From positions 128,001 through 192,000 of the forward strand of contig CAVPNL010000006.1 in NCBI GenBank assembly GCA_963706575.1: a stretch of 64,000 nucleotides of DNA, written 5' to 3'. Origin of the DNA: an uncultured delta proteobacterium (GTDB lineage Bacteria; Desulfobacterota; Desulfobacteria; Desulfobacterales; JAHEIW01). The notes under the pieces were generated by a model, which was not told the origin of the DNA, did no database searches, and saw only the letters and a program-made list of their open reading frames with translations. Every line of letters starts with the position of its first letter. Within the stretch, counting starts at the first letter, position 1. Positions 19,755 to 29,996 of this stretch are shown piece after piece. Position numbers and translations under genes: made by a program.

Positions 19755-20507
19755 TCATCGTTGATAAAGTATGGTTTTTTGAACCTTGTCCCACAGGTTT
19801 TGATAGGACTTTGCAGCCAGTGAATTTGGTGAGTAGACGGCAACCGGTGACCGATAGATTCCCATTTTTTCAATCTGCGCTAAATAAGGAACAAAGCTTT
19901 GTAAGACGCCCCTAAAATCCTTTGACACGCTAAGCATCAGTTCCCGGTGCATTTTTTTGTGCAGATCCACCATTGAAAAAAAAGGGTAAATCTTAGCGAC
20001 ATCATATCTTTTCTTTTTGCAGAACGCTAGCAATTGGTTATACGTTCGCACAGAAAGCGTGGTGGGGATCATTGGTACAAGGGTGTAGTCAGCAGCGTTC
20101 AATATGTTTTCAGCCAGAATGCCGATGGTAACCGGACAGTCCAGAATTATTAAGCGATATTCACCCGCAAATGGATAAAGCATTTTTTTCAGCCGCTTTT
20201 TTGAATTGCCAAATTTATTATAGAGAACATCTAGCTTGCGAAGCGAGAAATCCGCCGGAAGAATATCCAGGTTTTCAAAATCGGTGCTTTTAACGCTTTT
20301 ATAGACACCTTTGGTCCCCTTGACGAATCCTTTGGGTCCGGACTTGAGTTTGGGCTTTACCCGGAAGTAGTATGAGGTCGAACCCTGGGGATCTAAATCG
20401 CAAATTAAGGTTTTGGCCCCTGTCTGAGCGGCCTGATAAGATAAGTTTACTGCAGCGGCGGTTTTGCCCACTCCGCCTTTATTGCTGTAAAGCGCCAGCG
20501 TTGTCAT
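19755..20507 (-). CDS. ParA/MinD-family ATPase (orphan, no parB)
   Basis: Deviant Walker A KGGVGKT, DLDPQG, ILDCP; start overlaps the CHAD stop (ATGA). Confidence 0.92.
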   Translation of the reverse strand: MTTLALYSNKGGVGKTAAAVNLSYQAAQTGAKTLICDLDPQGSTSYYFRVKPKLKSGPKGFVKGTKGVYKSVKSTDFENLDILPADFSLRKLDVLYNKFGNSKKRLKKMLYPFAGEYRLIILDCPVTIGILAENILNAADYTLVPMIPTTLSVRTYNQLLAFCKKKRYDVAKIYPFFSMVDLHKKMHRELMLSVSKDFRGVLQSFVPYLAQIEKMGIYRSPVAVYSPNSLAAKSYQNLWDKVQKTILYQR

Positions 20508-22063
20508 GAATTATTCTCTCGGACGTTTGAGGCGAAAAGTTCTTGGAACAGCGCCTGATTTGCGGGCGCTGCAAAGTCCGTGAAGGTTCTGGCAAACGCA
20601 TCTTTAACGGACTGTTTTTCGTGCTCCAATGTTTCAACCAGACCGCCGATTGCCACCAGCGTTTTTTTTAAGTGCTGCTGGCTGGCAGGTAATTCCGCGG
20701 TAATACTTAGGAGATATTCTTGCTGAACACAGAGATCGTTGAAGTCCCCTAGATTGTCCTGTAAGTTCTTTAGCTGTTTAATCAAGGCATTAATTTTCTT
20801 GCGAGGAAAAAGACTGGCGAAAAACTCCATCAAATATCGCAATTTTTTGCACTCAATTCTGAGGACATGCAACATCTTATCTTCGGTGTTTGCCAGAATC
20901 TTGTTGCCCGTTTTAACAACCCCCCTGTACTTCTTATAAATTCTCTGGCGTGCCAGATCAATTACGGGAAGCTCCGCATTTGATGCTGTAACCGAAACGG
21001 GCGGCGGCCTATTTAAAAATGCTTCCCAATCCTTCATAATCGTTGCATATTTTTTGGATTTCAGGCCGCGCATGACGTGCTGAAACGCTTTTGCTCGTTT
21101 TTTGCGCAAATGCCGAAACAACGGATCGATGTCATCCCGCAAGACAGCGGGAAGCATCGCTTTATATGCATCTTGGTTGAGCAGATAGACGTCCAAGTCT
21201 CTTAAAGCGTTGGAGCGTTTACCCACATATGCAAAATCTTTCTTAAATCGATCCGTTGTCCTGGTTGAAAACACATTTTTAATTTGAGCCAAGGCCGAGC
21301 GGGTCCTGCGAATCGCCACTCTGAAATCATGTAAAACCTCCGTATCCAGATCCTTTTCAAAGATGGCTTCGTTTATCCGCATGACATTCAACAAAAAGCG
21401 CAAAACAACTTTGGCGGCCTGATCCGAGCGCATTGCCGGGTCGAGTTGGATATTAACTTTGGCAGAATAACTGCCCGGTTTTTTGTCGACGACCGCCAAG
21501 GCCTTAAAATATATATCGTCTGCTTTACCCAAGGTAAACCCGGCGGCTTCGATTCGCGTGGCTAGATTGCGCGCATATTTGGGATATCCTTTGAAGGGTT
21601 TCAGCCATAAATGATTGGCCAACGCCGTTGTGTTTCTTTTACGCAGCGGGCGAATTTCTTCAAAAACCAATCGTGCTACTGTTTTTTCATCCGGGTTTAA
21701 AATGCGATATGGCGTTGATCGGGATTGGAGCTCAACGAGGTGCAAAAGGGCGCGCATCTTTATAATGGGTGCCAATTGTTCCTTTAATTCACCGGCGGGA
21801 AAATCCCAAATGAATACCGGTATCTTGCTGAATTCTACGCTATGCAAAATTTCGCATTTTGCTAGTTTCCGTAAAAACAGCTTGTTTCCGGATGAATACA
21901 AAATGAGTGATTTATTAAATAAGCGCCAGTCGAACGTATCGCAAATCGTAACCCTCTCGGCACCAGCAGGCTCTTTTTTGATGCTGTATTGTCCGGCCAA
22001 TTGGCGAATGAATTGCTTTTCATCATGGCCGCCCGGTAAGTTGAACTTCAGATTGTTAATCAT
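20504..22063 (-). CDS. CHAD-domain polyP-binding protein with N-terminal CYTH-like region
   Basis: LHDFRVAIRRTRS, LRDLDV, LHVLRIECKKLRY, LQDNLGDFND; N-terminal DTFDWRL. Confidence 0.93.
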   Translation of the reverse strand: MINNLKFNLPGGHDEKQFIRQLAGQYSIKKEPAGAERVTICDTFDWRLFNKSLILYSSGNKLFLRKLAKCEILHSVEFSKIPVFIWDFPAGELKEQLAPIIKMRALLHLVELQSRSTPYRILNPDEKTVARLVFEEIRPLRKRNTTALANHLWLKPFKGYPKYARNLATRIEAAGFTLGKADDIYFKALAVVDKKPGSYSAKVNIQLDPAMRSDQAAKVVLRFLLNVMRINEAIFEKDLDTEVLHDFRVAIRRTRSALAQIKNVFSTRTTDRFKKDFAYVGKRSNALRDLDVYLLNQDAYKAMLPAVLRDDIDPLFRHLRKKRAKAFQHVMRGLKSKKYATIMKDWEAFLNRPPPVSVTASNAELPVIDLARQRIYKKYRGVVKTGNKILANTEDKMLHVLRIECKKLRYLMEFFASLFPRKKINALIKQLKNLQDNLGDFNDLCVQQEYLLSITAELPASQQHLKKTLVAIGGLVETLEHEKQSVKDAFARTFTDFAAPANQALFQELFASNVRENNS

Positions 22064-22188
22064 GATTTGATTCTTCAGATAGATATTTTTGGGACACATC
22101 CAGAAGACAAATCCTGGAAATGACGAATGATGACCGCTGAACCTGCTTGTTTCTCTGATATCCGGCTTTACTTTCGCTGAAGCCGCTT

Positions 22189-24435
22189 TTAGACCTTGGC
22201 TTTATTCTTTGATTGCTTACCGATGAGCTCGATAAACATTTCTTGTGCAGCGCATCTTTTTTTACCTTTGCGTAGGCGTCGTCTTACGTATTTACCGTCA
22301 GGCCGCATATCCCAGGCCGAGCAGTTGTCGTTTTCGTAAACTTGCACGGTCTGCTCCAACTCCAGTTTCAGTGTGGGGTCGGTAACGGGCATGATCGTTT
22401 CCATGCGGCGGTCAAGGTTACGCCGCATCCAGTCGGCTGAACCGATGAAGAATTCCGGGTCACCGCCGTTTTCAAACCGATAGATGCGTGAGTGCTCTAA
22501 AAAACGACCGAGGGTGCTGTAAACCCGTATCGTTTCGGATAGCCCGGGGACCCCCGCGCGCAGGCAGCACAGACCGCGAACATTCAGGCTTATGGGCACG
22601 CCTGCTTGACTGGCAAGGTAAAGTTCGCGAATCATACGTGCGTCCTGGAGCTGATTCATTTTGGCCCAAATACCTGAAAGACGGCCTGCCTGGCTGTGCT
22701 GCATTTCGCGATGGATCAAGTCGGTGAAGCTCTCGCGCAAATTGTAAGGAGCGACCATTAGCTTGCCGTAGCCGGGAGAAGGCGTGGCGCCTGTCAGTTC
22801 GTTGAACAAAGCCGCAACATTCGCTCCTAGTTCCGGTTCACAGCTCAGAATGCCCATGTCTTCATAAATTCGAGCAGTAATGGTGTGGTAGTTTCCGGTC
22901 CCCAAGTGAACATAGCGGCGGATGCCGTCTTTTTCTTCGCGGACGACGAGAGCCAACTTTACGTGGGTCTTCAGTCGCTCTACACCGTAGGCAACGTGAG
23001 CGCCCTCGCGCTCCAGTCGTCTGCCCCAGGCGATGTTCGGTGCCTCATCAAAGCGCGCTGTAATCTCCACCAGCACCGCTACCTGCTTGCCCTGCCGCGC
23101 CGCTTCCATCAGCGCCAGAATAATCGGCGAATCACTGCTGGTGCGATAGATGGTCAGCTTGATGGCCAGCACCTGTGGGTCAACCGCCGCACTTTGCAAA
23201 AAATGCAGTATGGAACTGTCGAAGCTGTGGTAAGGATGGTGCAATAAAATATCACCTTTGCGAATTTCGGCGAATATGTCTTCAGAATCGCTAAAATCTA
23301 AGCGTCGCAGACGGGGATGGGTTACCGGCTGATGGGGTGGATCGCGCAGTTCCGGGTAACCCTCCACCTGGAACTTCATCAAATCCGCCAGACTCATCAG
23401 ACCCTTGACAGGTTCGAGATCACTTGGATCAGCCTTGAGTTGCTCGCAGATCCAGCGTTGCAGCTTTTTGGGCATGTTAGCGCTAACCTGAAGGCGTGTT
23501 ACACCGGCAAATTTTCGGGCGGTCAGTTCTTCTGTTACCATGCCGATGAGCCGACCCGGAATAAGATCGGCATTAGGATCTTCCAAAATTGTCCGTTCCC
23601 ACGGGTCATCCTTGGCGACGCGGGTTACGCGGAAAAAATAATACTTAAGGCCGGCTGCCTTGGGGAATAGCAGTCTGAGGTTGGACGCGATCACCTGCTC
23701 CAACGGAACAAACCCTTTGCTGCCGGGCAGAGGGACCCAGCGCGGGCGGTTTGCCGGAACCTTGATGCGCACGAAGCGATTGCGTTTCTTTTTGGTTTCC
23801 TTAACCTCCACCGCAAGGTTGAGCCCCAGGTTGCTGATAAAAGGAAAGGGGTGTGAAACGTCCACGGCAAGCGGTGTCAGGATGGGCTCCACCGATTCAA
23901 GGAAATAGCGCTTCATTTGTTTCTGATGTTGGTTACTCAACTCCGTATATTCTACAATGGGGATTCCGGCCGCTTTCAAAGCGGGTCGAAGCTTATGGGT
24001 CACCAAACGAGAAACGAGGTAAGCCTGTCTATGTAATTCTTCTCGGCAGGCTTGCAGTTCCTCCTCTGGACTTAGCCCGTCGGGGGACAGTTTCTTTTTC
24101 TTTTTGCGTTTCCTTTTCTCTATCTTGCGTTTGAGCCCACCCATACGCTTCATCGCAAACTCGTCGTACAACATACCCATGATGCCAGCGAACTTGACAC
24201 GTTCAAGCAAGGGTAAATGCTTATCTTCTGCAAGTGCGAGCACCCGGCGGGCAAAGCTGAGCCAGCTTAACTCACGGTTGATGAGGGTACTTGGTGAATC
24301 AACATCGATTTTTTTCGGTTTTTCCGCGGTTCTTGATGCCGGTTCTATGGGCATATCTTTTGCAGTAGAAATGCCGGTTAACTGGCCTCCCCTGGCAATT
24401 AACGGTTTTTTGGGCTGATGCTCCTGAGGACTCAT
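22189..24435 (-). CDS. ppk1: Polyphosphate kinase 1
   Basis: NRELSWLSF, HPFPFISN, LLHHPYHSF, ARFDE, KTHVK, GRFLEHSR, SADWMRRNLDRR. Confidence 0.96.
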   Translation of the reverse strand: MSPQEHQPKKPLIARGGQLTGISTAKDMPIEPASRTAEKPKKIDVDSPSTLINRELSWLSFARRVLALAEDKHLPLLERVKFAGIMGMLYDEFAMKRMGGLKRKIEKRKRKKKKKLSPDGLSPEEELQACREELHRQAYLVSRLVTHKLRPALKAAGIPIVEYTELSNQHQKQMKRYFLESVEPILTPLAVDVSHPFPFISNLGLNLAVEVKETKKKRNRFVRIKVPANRPRWVPLPGSKGFVPLEQVIASNLRLLFPKAAGLKYYFFRVTRVAKDDPWERTILEDPNADLIPGRLIGMVTEELTARKFAGVTRLQVSANMPKKLQRWICEQLKADPSDLEPVKGLMSLADLMKFQVEGYPELRDPPHQPVTHPRLRRLDFSDSEDIFAEIRKGDILLHHPYHSFDSSILHFLQSAAVDPQVLAIKLTIYRTSSDSPIILALMEAARQGKQVAVLVEITARFDEAPNIAWGRRLEREGAHVAYGVERLKTHVKLALVVREEKDGIRRYVHLGTGNYHTITARIYEDMGILSCEPELGANVAALFNELTGATPSPGYGKLMVAPYNLRESFTDLIHREMQHSQAGRLSGIWAKMNQLQDARMIRELYLASQAGVPISLNVRGLCCLRAGVPGLSETIRVYSTLGRFLEHSRIYRFENGGDPEFFIGSADWMRRNLDRRMETIMPVTDPTLKLELEQTVQVYENDNCSAWDMRPDGKYVRRRLRKGKKRCAAQEMFIELIGKQSKNKAKV

Positions 24436-24929
24436 GATTTCTTTTTTCTCCGATCACCACAATTGATGGAGCGCTAATTTCATGAATTGACGAAGCGGGA
24501 AATATCGAATTGGCAAGAACGCGCGTTTGATAAACTTGCGAGACGTATTGTGGATCGACTTCAGGATTGTCGCAGGTTGTGAAATCAAATTTTTTCCCGA
24601 ATCAATGCTTTATAGATGACAGTCGGATTGAATGTCAACCCAAATTAATAAAGAATGCTGGTAACCCATTAATTTTTAATCGATTTTTTGCATGCTTGTT
24701 TTTGCGTTAAGCCATATAACTGAAAATTTATAAAAATGCAGCCAGGCGTTTACTCAAAATGGGAAGCCATGCAGCATTTGACTTTCTCATGAACCTGCTT
24801 CACAATATCATTAATGCAAATTTATGATTTCGTTTCGCTGGTTGGTTTTTGGCGCCTTTAACCAAATGCCGCAAGTGCGGACAGCCGTTTATTTTAAGCC
24901 TTAAAATTTCATTTAGAGCACTTTTTATC

Positions 24930-25943
24930 ATGGAATCACAATTAAAATTTGCCGCCATTGATATCGGCTCAAATGCCGTCAGACTTTTATTGTCCGGTGT
25001 ATTTGAAGAAGCGCATTCAGCGAGTTTCAGAAAAATGTCGTTGATCCGTATGCCCATTCGCCTGGGTGATGATGCCTTTACTCAAAAATGCATTTCTGAC
25101 AGCAAAGTCTCACAACTTGTCAAGAGCATGATCGGGTTCAAACACCTGATCGAAGCCTTCCAGCCGCTGGATTATATGGCCTGTGCCACATCGGCCATGC
25201 GTGAGGCGGAAAACGGGCCGGAGATATGCAATCGAATTCTCCAAGAATCTGACATAAAAATTAATATTATTGATGGCAAAACAGAGGCGCAATTTATTTT
25301 TGAGAACAAAAGTGCAGATATGTTCGGTGGAAACGATGCCTACCTGTATGTGGACATCGGCGGGGGTAGCACGGAAATTACCCTGTTTTCACAAGGCCGA
25401 ATCATTACATGTGGTTCATTTAACATCGGAACCATACGATTACTGGAGGGCCTGGTATCAAAGGCGTATTGGAAGAAAATGAGACTGTGGCTGAAAAACT
25501 GCTCCGCTCCCTTCACTTCATTGGCGGCGATTGGAAGCGGCGGTAATATTAATAAGATATTTCGTCTGGCAAACTGTAAAAACGGTAAACCGCTTTCGGA
25601 TAACAAGATGATGAAAGTCCGCCGGTTTTTAAAGCATTTTACCGTTGAGCAACGCATCAGGGAATTAGCTTTACGGCCGGACCGAGCCGACGTCATCATT
25701 CCGGCATTGGATATTTATCTTAAGATTATGAAATGGGCCGGTATCCGTAAAATCTACGTTCCTCAAGTCGGCTTAGCCGATGGTATCGTTCGCACATTAT
25801 ATGATAGATATAAAGTTTTATCCATTTTCCTGAAAGATTTCTTTGGCCACACGAAGGCTGTCCATTGCCGCCGGAACACCACAATAAATGGCGGCCTGGA
25901 GGAGAACCTCCATGATATCGTTCTTGCTACAGCCATTGTTTAA
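24930..25943 (+). CDS. ppx: Exopolyphosphatase Ppx/GppA (short form); 3' end overlaps the convergent CMD gene
   Basis: AAIDIGSNAVRL, ATSAMREA, DIGGGSTE, DRADVIIPA, GLADG. Confidence 0.92.
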   Translation: MESQLKFAAIDIGSNAVRLLLSGVFEEAHSASFRKMSLIRMPIRLGDDAFTQKCISDSKVSQLVKSMIGFKHLIEAFQPLDYMACATSAMREAENGPEICNRILQESDIKINIIDGKTEAQFIFENKSADMFGGNDAYLYVDIGGGSTEITLFSQGRIITCGSFNIGTIRLLEGLVSKAYWKKMRLWLKNCSAPFTSLAAIGSGGNINKIFRLANCKNGKPLSDNKMMKVRRFLKHFTVEQRIRELALRPDRADVIIPALDIYLKIMKWAGIRKIYVPQVGLADGIVRTLYDRYKVLSIFLKDFFGHTKAVHCRRNTTINGGLEENLHDIVLATAIV

Positions 25944-26192
25944 AGCGCCTTTTATGTGAAGCTTTACCTCGTGAGGTCGATTAAGGGCGGTGAGCATGGC
26001 TAAGTTAAGCAAGCTCCTGGTTTTTCGGTCCAGTCCTGGTCGGGCCCAGACATTACCCCAGCAGTATTCCGTAACGAGCTCCTGTAAAGGGCGACTGAAA
26101 TCGTCTGCCTGTGACATGGAAGCATCCACGTGCTCAGCACCCAGCACCTCCCGGCGAATTTGGAGTCCTTTTTCGAAAAGTTCATTCGTCAT
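25818..26192 (-). CDS. Carboxymuconolactone decarboxylase family protein
   Basis: GLQIRREVLG, WGNVWARPGLDRKTRS, LHIKGALNNG, AIYCGVPAA. Confidence 0.92.
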   Translation of the reverse strand: MTNELFEKGLQIRREVLGAEHVDASMSQADDFSRPLQELVTEYCWGNVWARPGLDRKTRSLLNLAMLTALNRPHEVKLHIKGALNNGCSKNDIMEVLLQAAIYCGVPAAMDSLRVAKEIFQENG

Positions 26193-26724
26193 CGTTATTT
26201 CCCTTCTCTGTTGACATACTTTTTTCTTCAAGCGCTTTCATCAAATTCAAAGCGTTATATTTCATCCGGTCCTATTCTTTATCTTTTCCGCTATTTTTTT
26301 ATTTCATATCAGTTAGTTATTTGTTCCGTCAAGCCTTAAATCTCGTTGCAAAGTTACTACTTTTCTCAATAAATCCAGACCTGAAATCACTCCGGGATAA
26401 TGGTGACCTTCGATTTTAATCTACCCAAGGAAATCACCTTTAAAATCAATAAGATTGACTTCAGAATTTATTATGTGGTATCAAAATTTGAAAAATTACT
26501 TACACATTATCTATTCTCGATCTTAGCGGAACTTTTTATCCTGCAATGTCCAATAATCCGCTGAGCCTCTTCTATAATCGGTAAATACTGCCGCCTTGCG
26601 GGATACTTTTTTCTGCTAATTAAATTATTTCCTAATAAAATGGTAAGGGAGGTGATGCTTGTCGATGTAGATAGTTCGAGATGCTAAGATCTTAAATCAG
26701 GAATAAAGCAAAAAGGAGATAAAA

Positions 26725-27801
26725 ATGAAAAAGCTTAAATTGCTATTGGTTTTAGGATTGGCTGTGGTGTTACTATCGGTATTTGTTTTACCTGGCCCTG
26801 CATCAGCAAAATACGTGTGGAGATGGGGAACCTCTGATCCAGCTGCCTATGGTTATCGGGTATCCGCTTTCATGTCAGATTTCCTGCGAAGGGGGATGCC
26901 GGATTACGACGTTACCGTTTACCCATTCGTTTCAACCACCGCCAGCGTCAAGAACTTTCTGGTGGGTGAGCTGGAAAGCACGTATATCGCCGAGCCGGGA
27001 TTCGGAAAATTGTACTCGTTTCAAAAACCATTTGAGGGTTTTGAACCCAACGTAAAGCAAATGCCGGTGCAGTCTTTATGGAGCTACACCATGGAAACGC
27101 ATATATTGACTTTACCGGAGAATAAAGACAAATATCGGTCCTGGCAGGATTTGGACGGCAAGAAAATCTATATGACCAAGGCGGGCTATATGAACCACAT
27201 CAACATTTTCAGAGCCATGAAGGACATCTGTGGTCTGAACATTACGCACGTCGAAGTCGATGCATCAAAAGCTGCGGATGCTCTCAGGGCCGGTACGATA
27301 GACGCCGTGGCAAGTTACACAACGGCTCTGGTATCACTGGCGACCTGGGCCAAGGCGATGGATGTTGCCACCCCCTTGCAGGGAGTGAACCCAACCCCGG
27401 AACAAATCAAGAAGCTTACGGCGGCAGGTTTTGCCCCCGTGAAGATCAACATGAAAAAAGCGTATACCAGAGACCTGGGAGTGAAGGAACTCTATGGCAT
27501 ACCTTTTTTCTTTGGCTACCACCACGGGACCCTTTTCTCGGAAGAGGGCGTTTATAAAGCTCTCAAAGTGTTTGAAGCCGCAGGACCTGAGCTAATTAAG
27601 CTGGACCCCGGTTTCGGACCACTGGCCGCAGACTTTGCCGGGTTCCAAGTCCAGGGGATAAACAGCATTCCCGAGGTTCCGGTACATCCGGGTCTGGCGC
27701 ATTATCTGAAGGAAAAGGGCCTGTGGGACCCGGCCTGGAAAATAGCGACTGAGGGGACGATCAAGGCAGCGATAGAGTCGATGAAAGCGAAAGCGAAGTG
27801 A
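26725..27801 (+). CDS. TAXI-family TRAP solute-binding protein (divergent type)
   Basis: Signal peptide, PVHPGLAHYLKEKGLW C-terminal TAXI motif; AAGGAG RBS; adjacent fused permease. Confidence 0.85.
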   Translation: MKKLKLLLVLGLAVVLLSVFVLPGPASAKYVWRWGTSDPAAYGYRVSAFMSDFLRRGMPDYDVTVYPFVSTTASVKNFLVGELESTYIAEPGFGKLYSFQKPFEGFEPNVKQMPVQSLWSYTMETHILTLPENKDKYRSWQDLDGKKIYMTKAGYMNHINIFRAMKDICGLNITHVEVDASKAADALRAGTIDAVASYTTALVSLATWAKAMDVATPLQGVNPTPEQIKKLTAAGFAPVKINMKKAYTRDLGVKELYGIPFFFGYHHGTLFSEEGVYKALKVFEAAGPELIKLDPGFGPLAADFAGFQVQGINSIPEVPVHPGLAHYLKEKGLWDPAWKIATEGTIKAAIESMKAKAK

Positions 27802-27840
27802 TCTTTTTGGGGAAAAGTAAGAGCTAGTTGAGGTTGATAA

Positions 27841-27886
27841 TAGTGGGCTCACCCCTGTAAAACGCCAACAAGGGGTGAGTTCACTA
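27841..27886 (+). promoter_or_regulatory. Intercistronic stem-loop between second TAXI gene and permease
   Basis: 16-bp stem tagtgggctcacccct / aggggtgagttcacta. Confidence 0.6.
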
Positions 27887-27918
27887 CTTCTTGAGTCATA
27901 CCGTTAGGGGGTGAAAAG

Positions 27919-29895
27919 ATGGAAAAAAATCCGCTGCCGGATGCAGCGAATTCACTGGCTAAAATGCGTAAATTCTTGATTCCCTCCTATCTTATAGCAA
28001 CCATCATATATTTAGCTTTTTCGTTACATTATTTCACAACCGGCTTGGGAGGAACCATGCTCCTGGCCGTAACCCTCGTCCCCATCGCATACGTGCTGTG
28101 GGTAATGAATTCCTTTGTCGAAGGCGTGCTGCCGTATCCACGTCTAGGACTTAAACTTAATATTGCCATAGCCGGCGCCTACATCGCTATGTGCATCTTT
28201 TCCCTAATATACATGCGAGTGGAGTATGACGCCCTCATTTATGACAGAGCGGGTTTCTATAATATCCATGACAAAATCGTAGGCCTGATGATGCTCGGTC
28301 TTGTGATCGAATATACCAGACGCGAGCATCGTACCCTCTTTTATCTGATCCTGTTTCTGATGTTTTATTCCGTTTACGGGTGGATGTTCCCCGGTATATT
28401 GGGTCATCCCGGAGTCTCCTGGACAAGAGTCATAACATCCTCTTCCGTTGAGATATCATTGGGTCTATTTGGAACTTATTCGCAAACCGGGGTGGGCGTT
28501 ATCGCCGCATTTTTCATGTTTTTGGGCATTGCACAGGGATTCGGTGTTCAGGAAGCGATTGTCAAAACGTTCACCGGGTTATTTGCCAGACGTACAAACC
28601 TCATTCCACAGACGGCGGTGGTGACTTCAATGGCCATCGCTACCTGTAGTGGATCGGGAGCAGCCAATGCCGCCATAACCGGGCAGTACACGATACCGTT
28701 GATGAAAAAAGCAGGGTTTCCCTCTCTTTACGCCGGTGCGGTGGAAGCCTCAGCTTCGCTGGGCGGCTTGCTCATGCCGCCGGTCATGGCAATAGCCGGT
28801 TTCCTCATGGCCGACTTTCTGGGCGTGACTTATTTCGAGGTTATCGCTCGAGGATATGCGCCGGCACTCATTTTCTTTGCGATCATATCCCTGTCGGTTT
28901 ACCTCTTTACAGTGCGCTTCCTGCGGGGGAAGGAAAGCCGCCCGGATTCGGCGCTGCTTTCCTTTGTCGAAAGATTCTCCAAAATAGAGGTGATCAACAC
29001 GGTGGTTTTCTTTGCCTTCATCGGCGTTTTGATCTATTTAATGGGTGGGCTTTGGTTTGAAGCATCAAGAGCTGCTCTATACATCGCGGCCGGTCTCTTG
29101 ATCACCGCTTCCGTAATCCACACGTATCTCCATCCCGGGACGACCTTGGATAAGTTCAAGGAATGGGTCAGGTGTTTGCGCCAAGCCTTGGAGGCATTTG
29201 CTGCAGTCACCGCTCCGCTCATTCTCTTGCTCGCCATGCTCGGGGTGATGATCAATCTGTTCGTGGTCAGTGGATGGATGATCAAGCTAATGGGGCTACT
29301 GGCGACGGTCGGAGAATTCCATGTTGTAGCCCTTATCGGGGTGGGGTTCGTAATCGGGGTCTTTTTGGGGCTGGGAATACCGCCGTCGGCCTGTTACATC
29401 ATCTCAGCCGTGATCGTCATCCCGCCGATGATACGAATCGGGATCAACCCGTGGATCGCTCATTTCTTCTTGTTTTTCATAGCGATAATATCCGAATATT
29501 CGCCACCAACATCACTTGTCGCTGCGGTTGCTTCCCGTATTTCAGGTGCCTCCTTCATGAAGACGATGATGGTAACGCTGCAAATATCGCTTCCATTTTT
29601 CTTTCTGACATTCGCGATTTTCAATTGGGATACGTTGTTGCTGGAGCCTGGCTGGGCACAACTGGCTGCTCTGGTTGCGCTAATTATTGGATGCTCGACA
29701 GCAGCTGCCGCCATCCACGGTAGGCTTTTTGAATCTAAACGGTATGACCTTCCCGCAAGGTTTTTAGTCCTCTTGGTGGCGCTATTTGTCTTGTACTATC
29801 CTAGAGGTACCCTTTCGGTAGTGGCACTGATACCCGCCGCGGCCATGATCGTTCTTGTGATCTTGCGGAGCCAAAAAATAGCGGCACCTTCTTAA
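27919..29895 (+). CDS. TRAP transporter fused permease
   Basis: SGSGAANAA, TIPLMKKAG, EASASLGGLLMPPVM, LGLGIP, SPPTS. Confidence 0.92.
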   Translation: MEKNPLPDAANSLAKMRKFLIPSYLIATIIYLAFSLHYFTTGLGGTMLLAVTLVPIAYVLWVMNSFVEGVLPYPRLGLKLNIAIAGAYIAMCIFSLIYMRVEYDALIYDRAGFYNIHDKIVGLMMLGLVIEYTRREHRTLFYLILFLMFYSVYGWMFPGILGHPGVSWTRVITSSSVEISLGLFGTYSQTGVGVIAAFFMFLGIAQGFGVQEAIVKTFTGLFARRTNLIPQTAVVTSMAIATCSGSGAANAAITGQYTIPLMKKAGFPSLYAGAVEASASLGGLLMPPVMAIAGFLMADFLGVTYFEVIARGYAPALIFFAIISLSVYLFTVRFLRGKESRPDSALLSFVERFSKIEVINTVVFFAFIGVLIYLMGGLWFEASRAALYIAAGLLITASVIHTYLHPGTTLDKFKEWVRCLRQALEAFAAVTAPLILLLAMLGVMINLFVVSGWMIKLMGLLATVGEFHVVALIGVGFVIGVFLGLGIPPSACYIISAVIVIPPMIRIGINPWIAHFFLFFIAIISEYSPPTSLVAAVASRISGASFMKTMMVTLQISLPFFFLTFAIFNWDTLLLEPGWAQLAALVALIIGCSTAAAAIHGRLFESKRYDLPARFLVLLVALFVLYYPRGTLSVVALIPAAAMIVLVILRSQKIAAPS

Positions 29896-29996
29896 GATTG
29901 CGATACCCGCTCCACCGGCCTCCACCCGCACGGCGTTCATCCCGGTTCAAGGGATATTTGCCATTGTTGCACCCGTTCTGTCGCAATTTGATGGGC

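Noticed and set aside
24436..24929. Pho boxes in the ppk1/ppx divergent region
   Set aside because: No convincing 11-bp-period direct repeats found by eye
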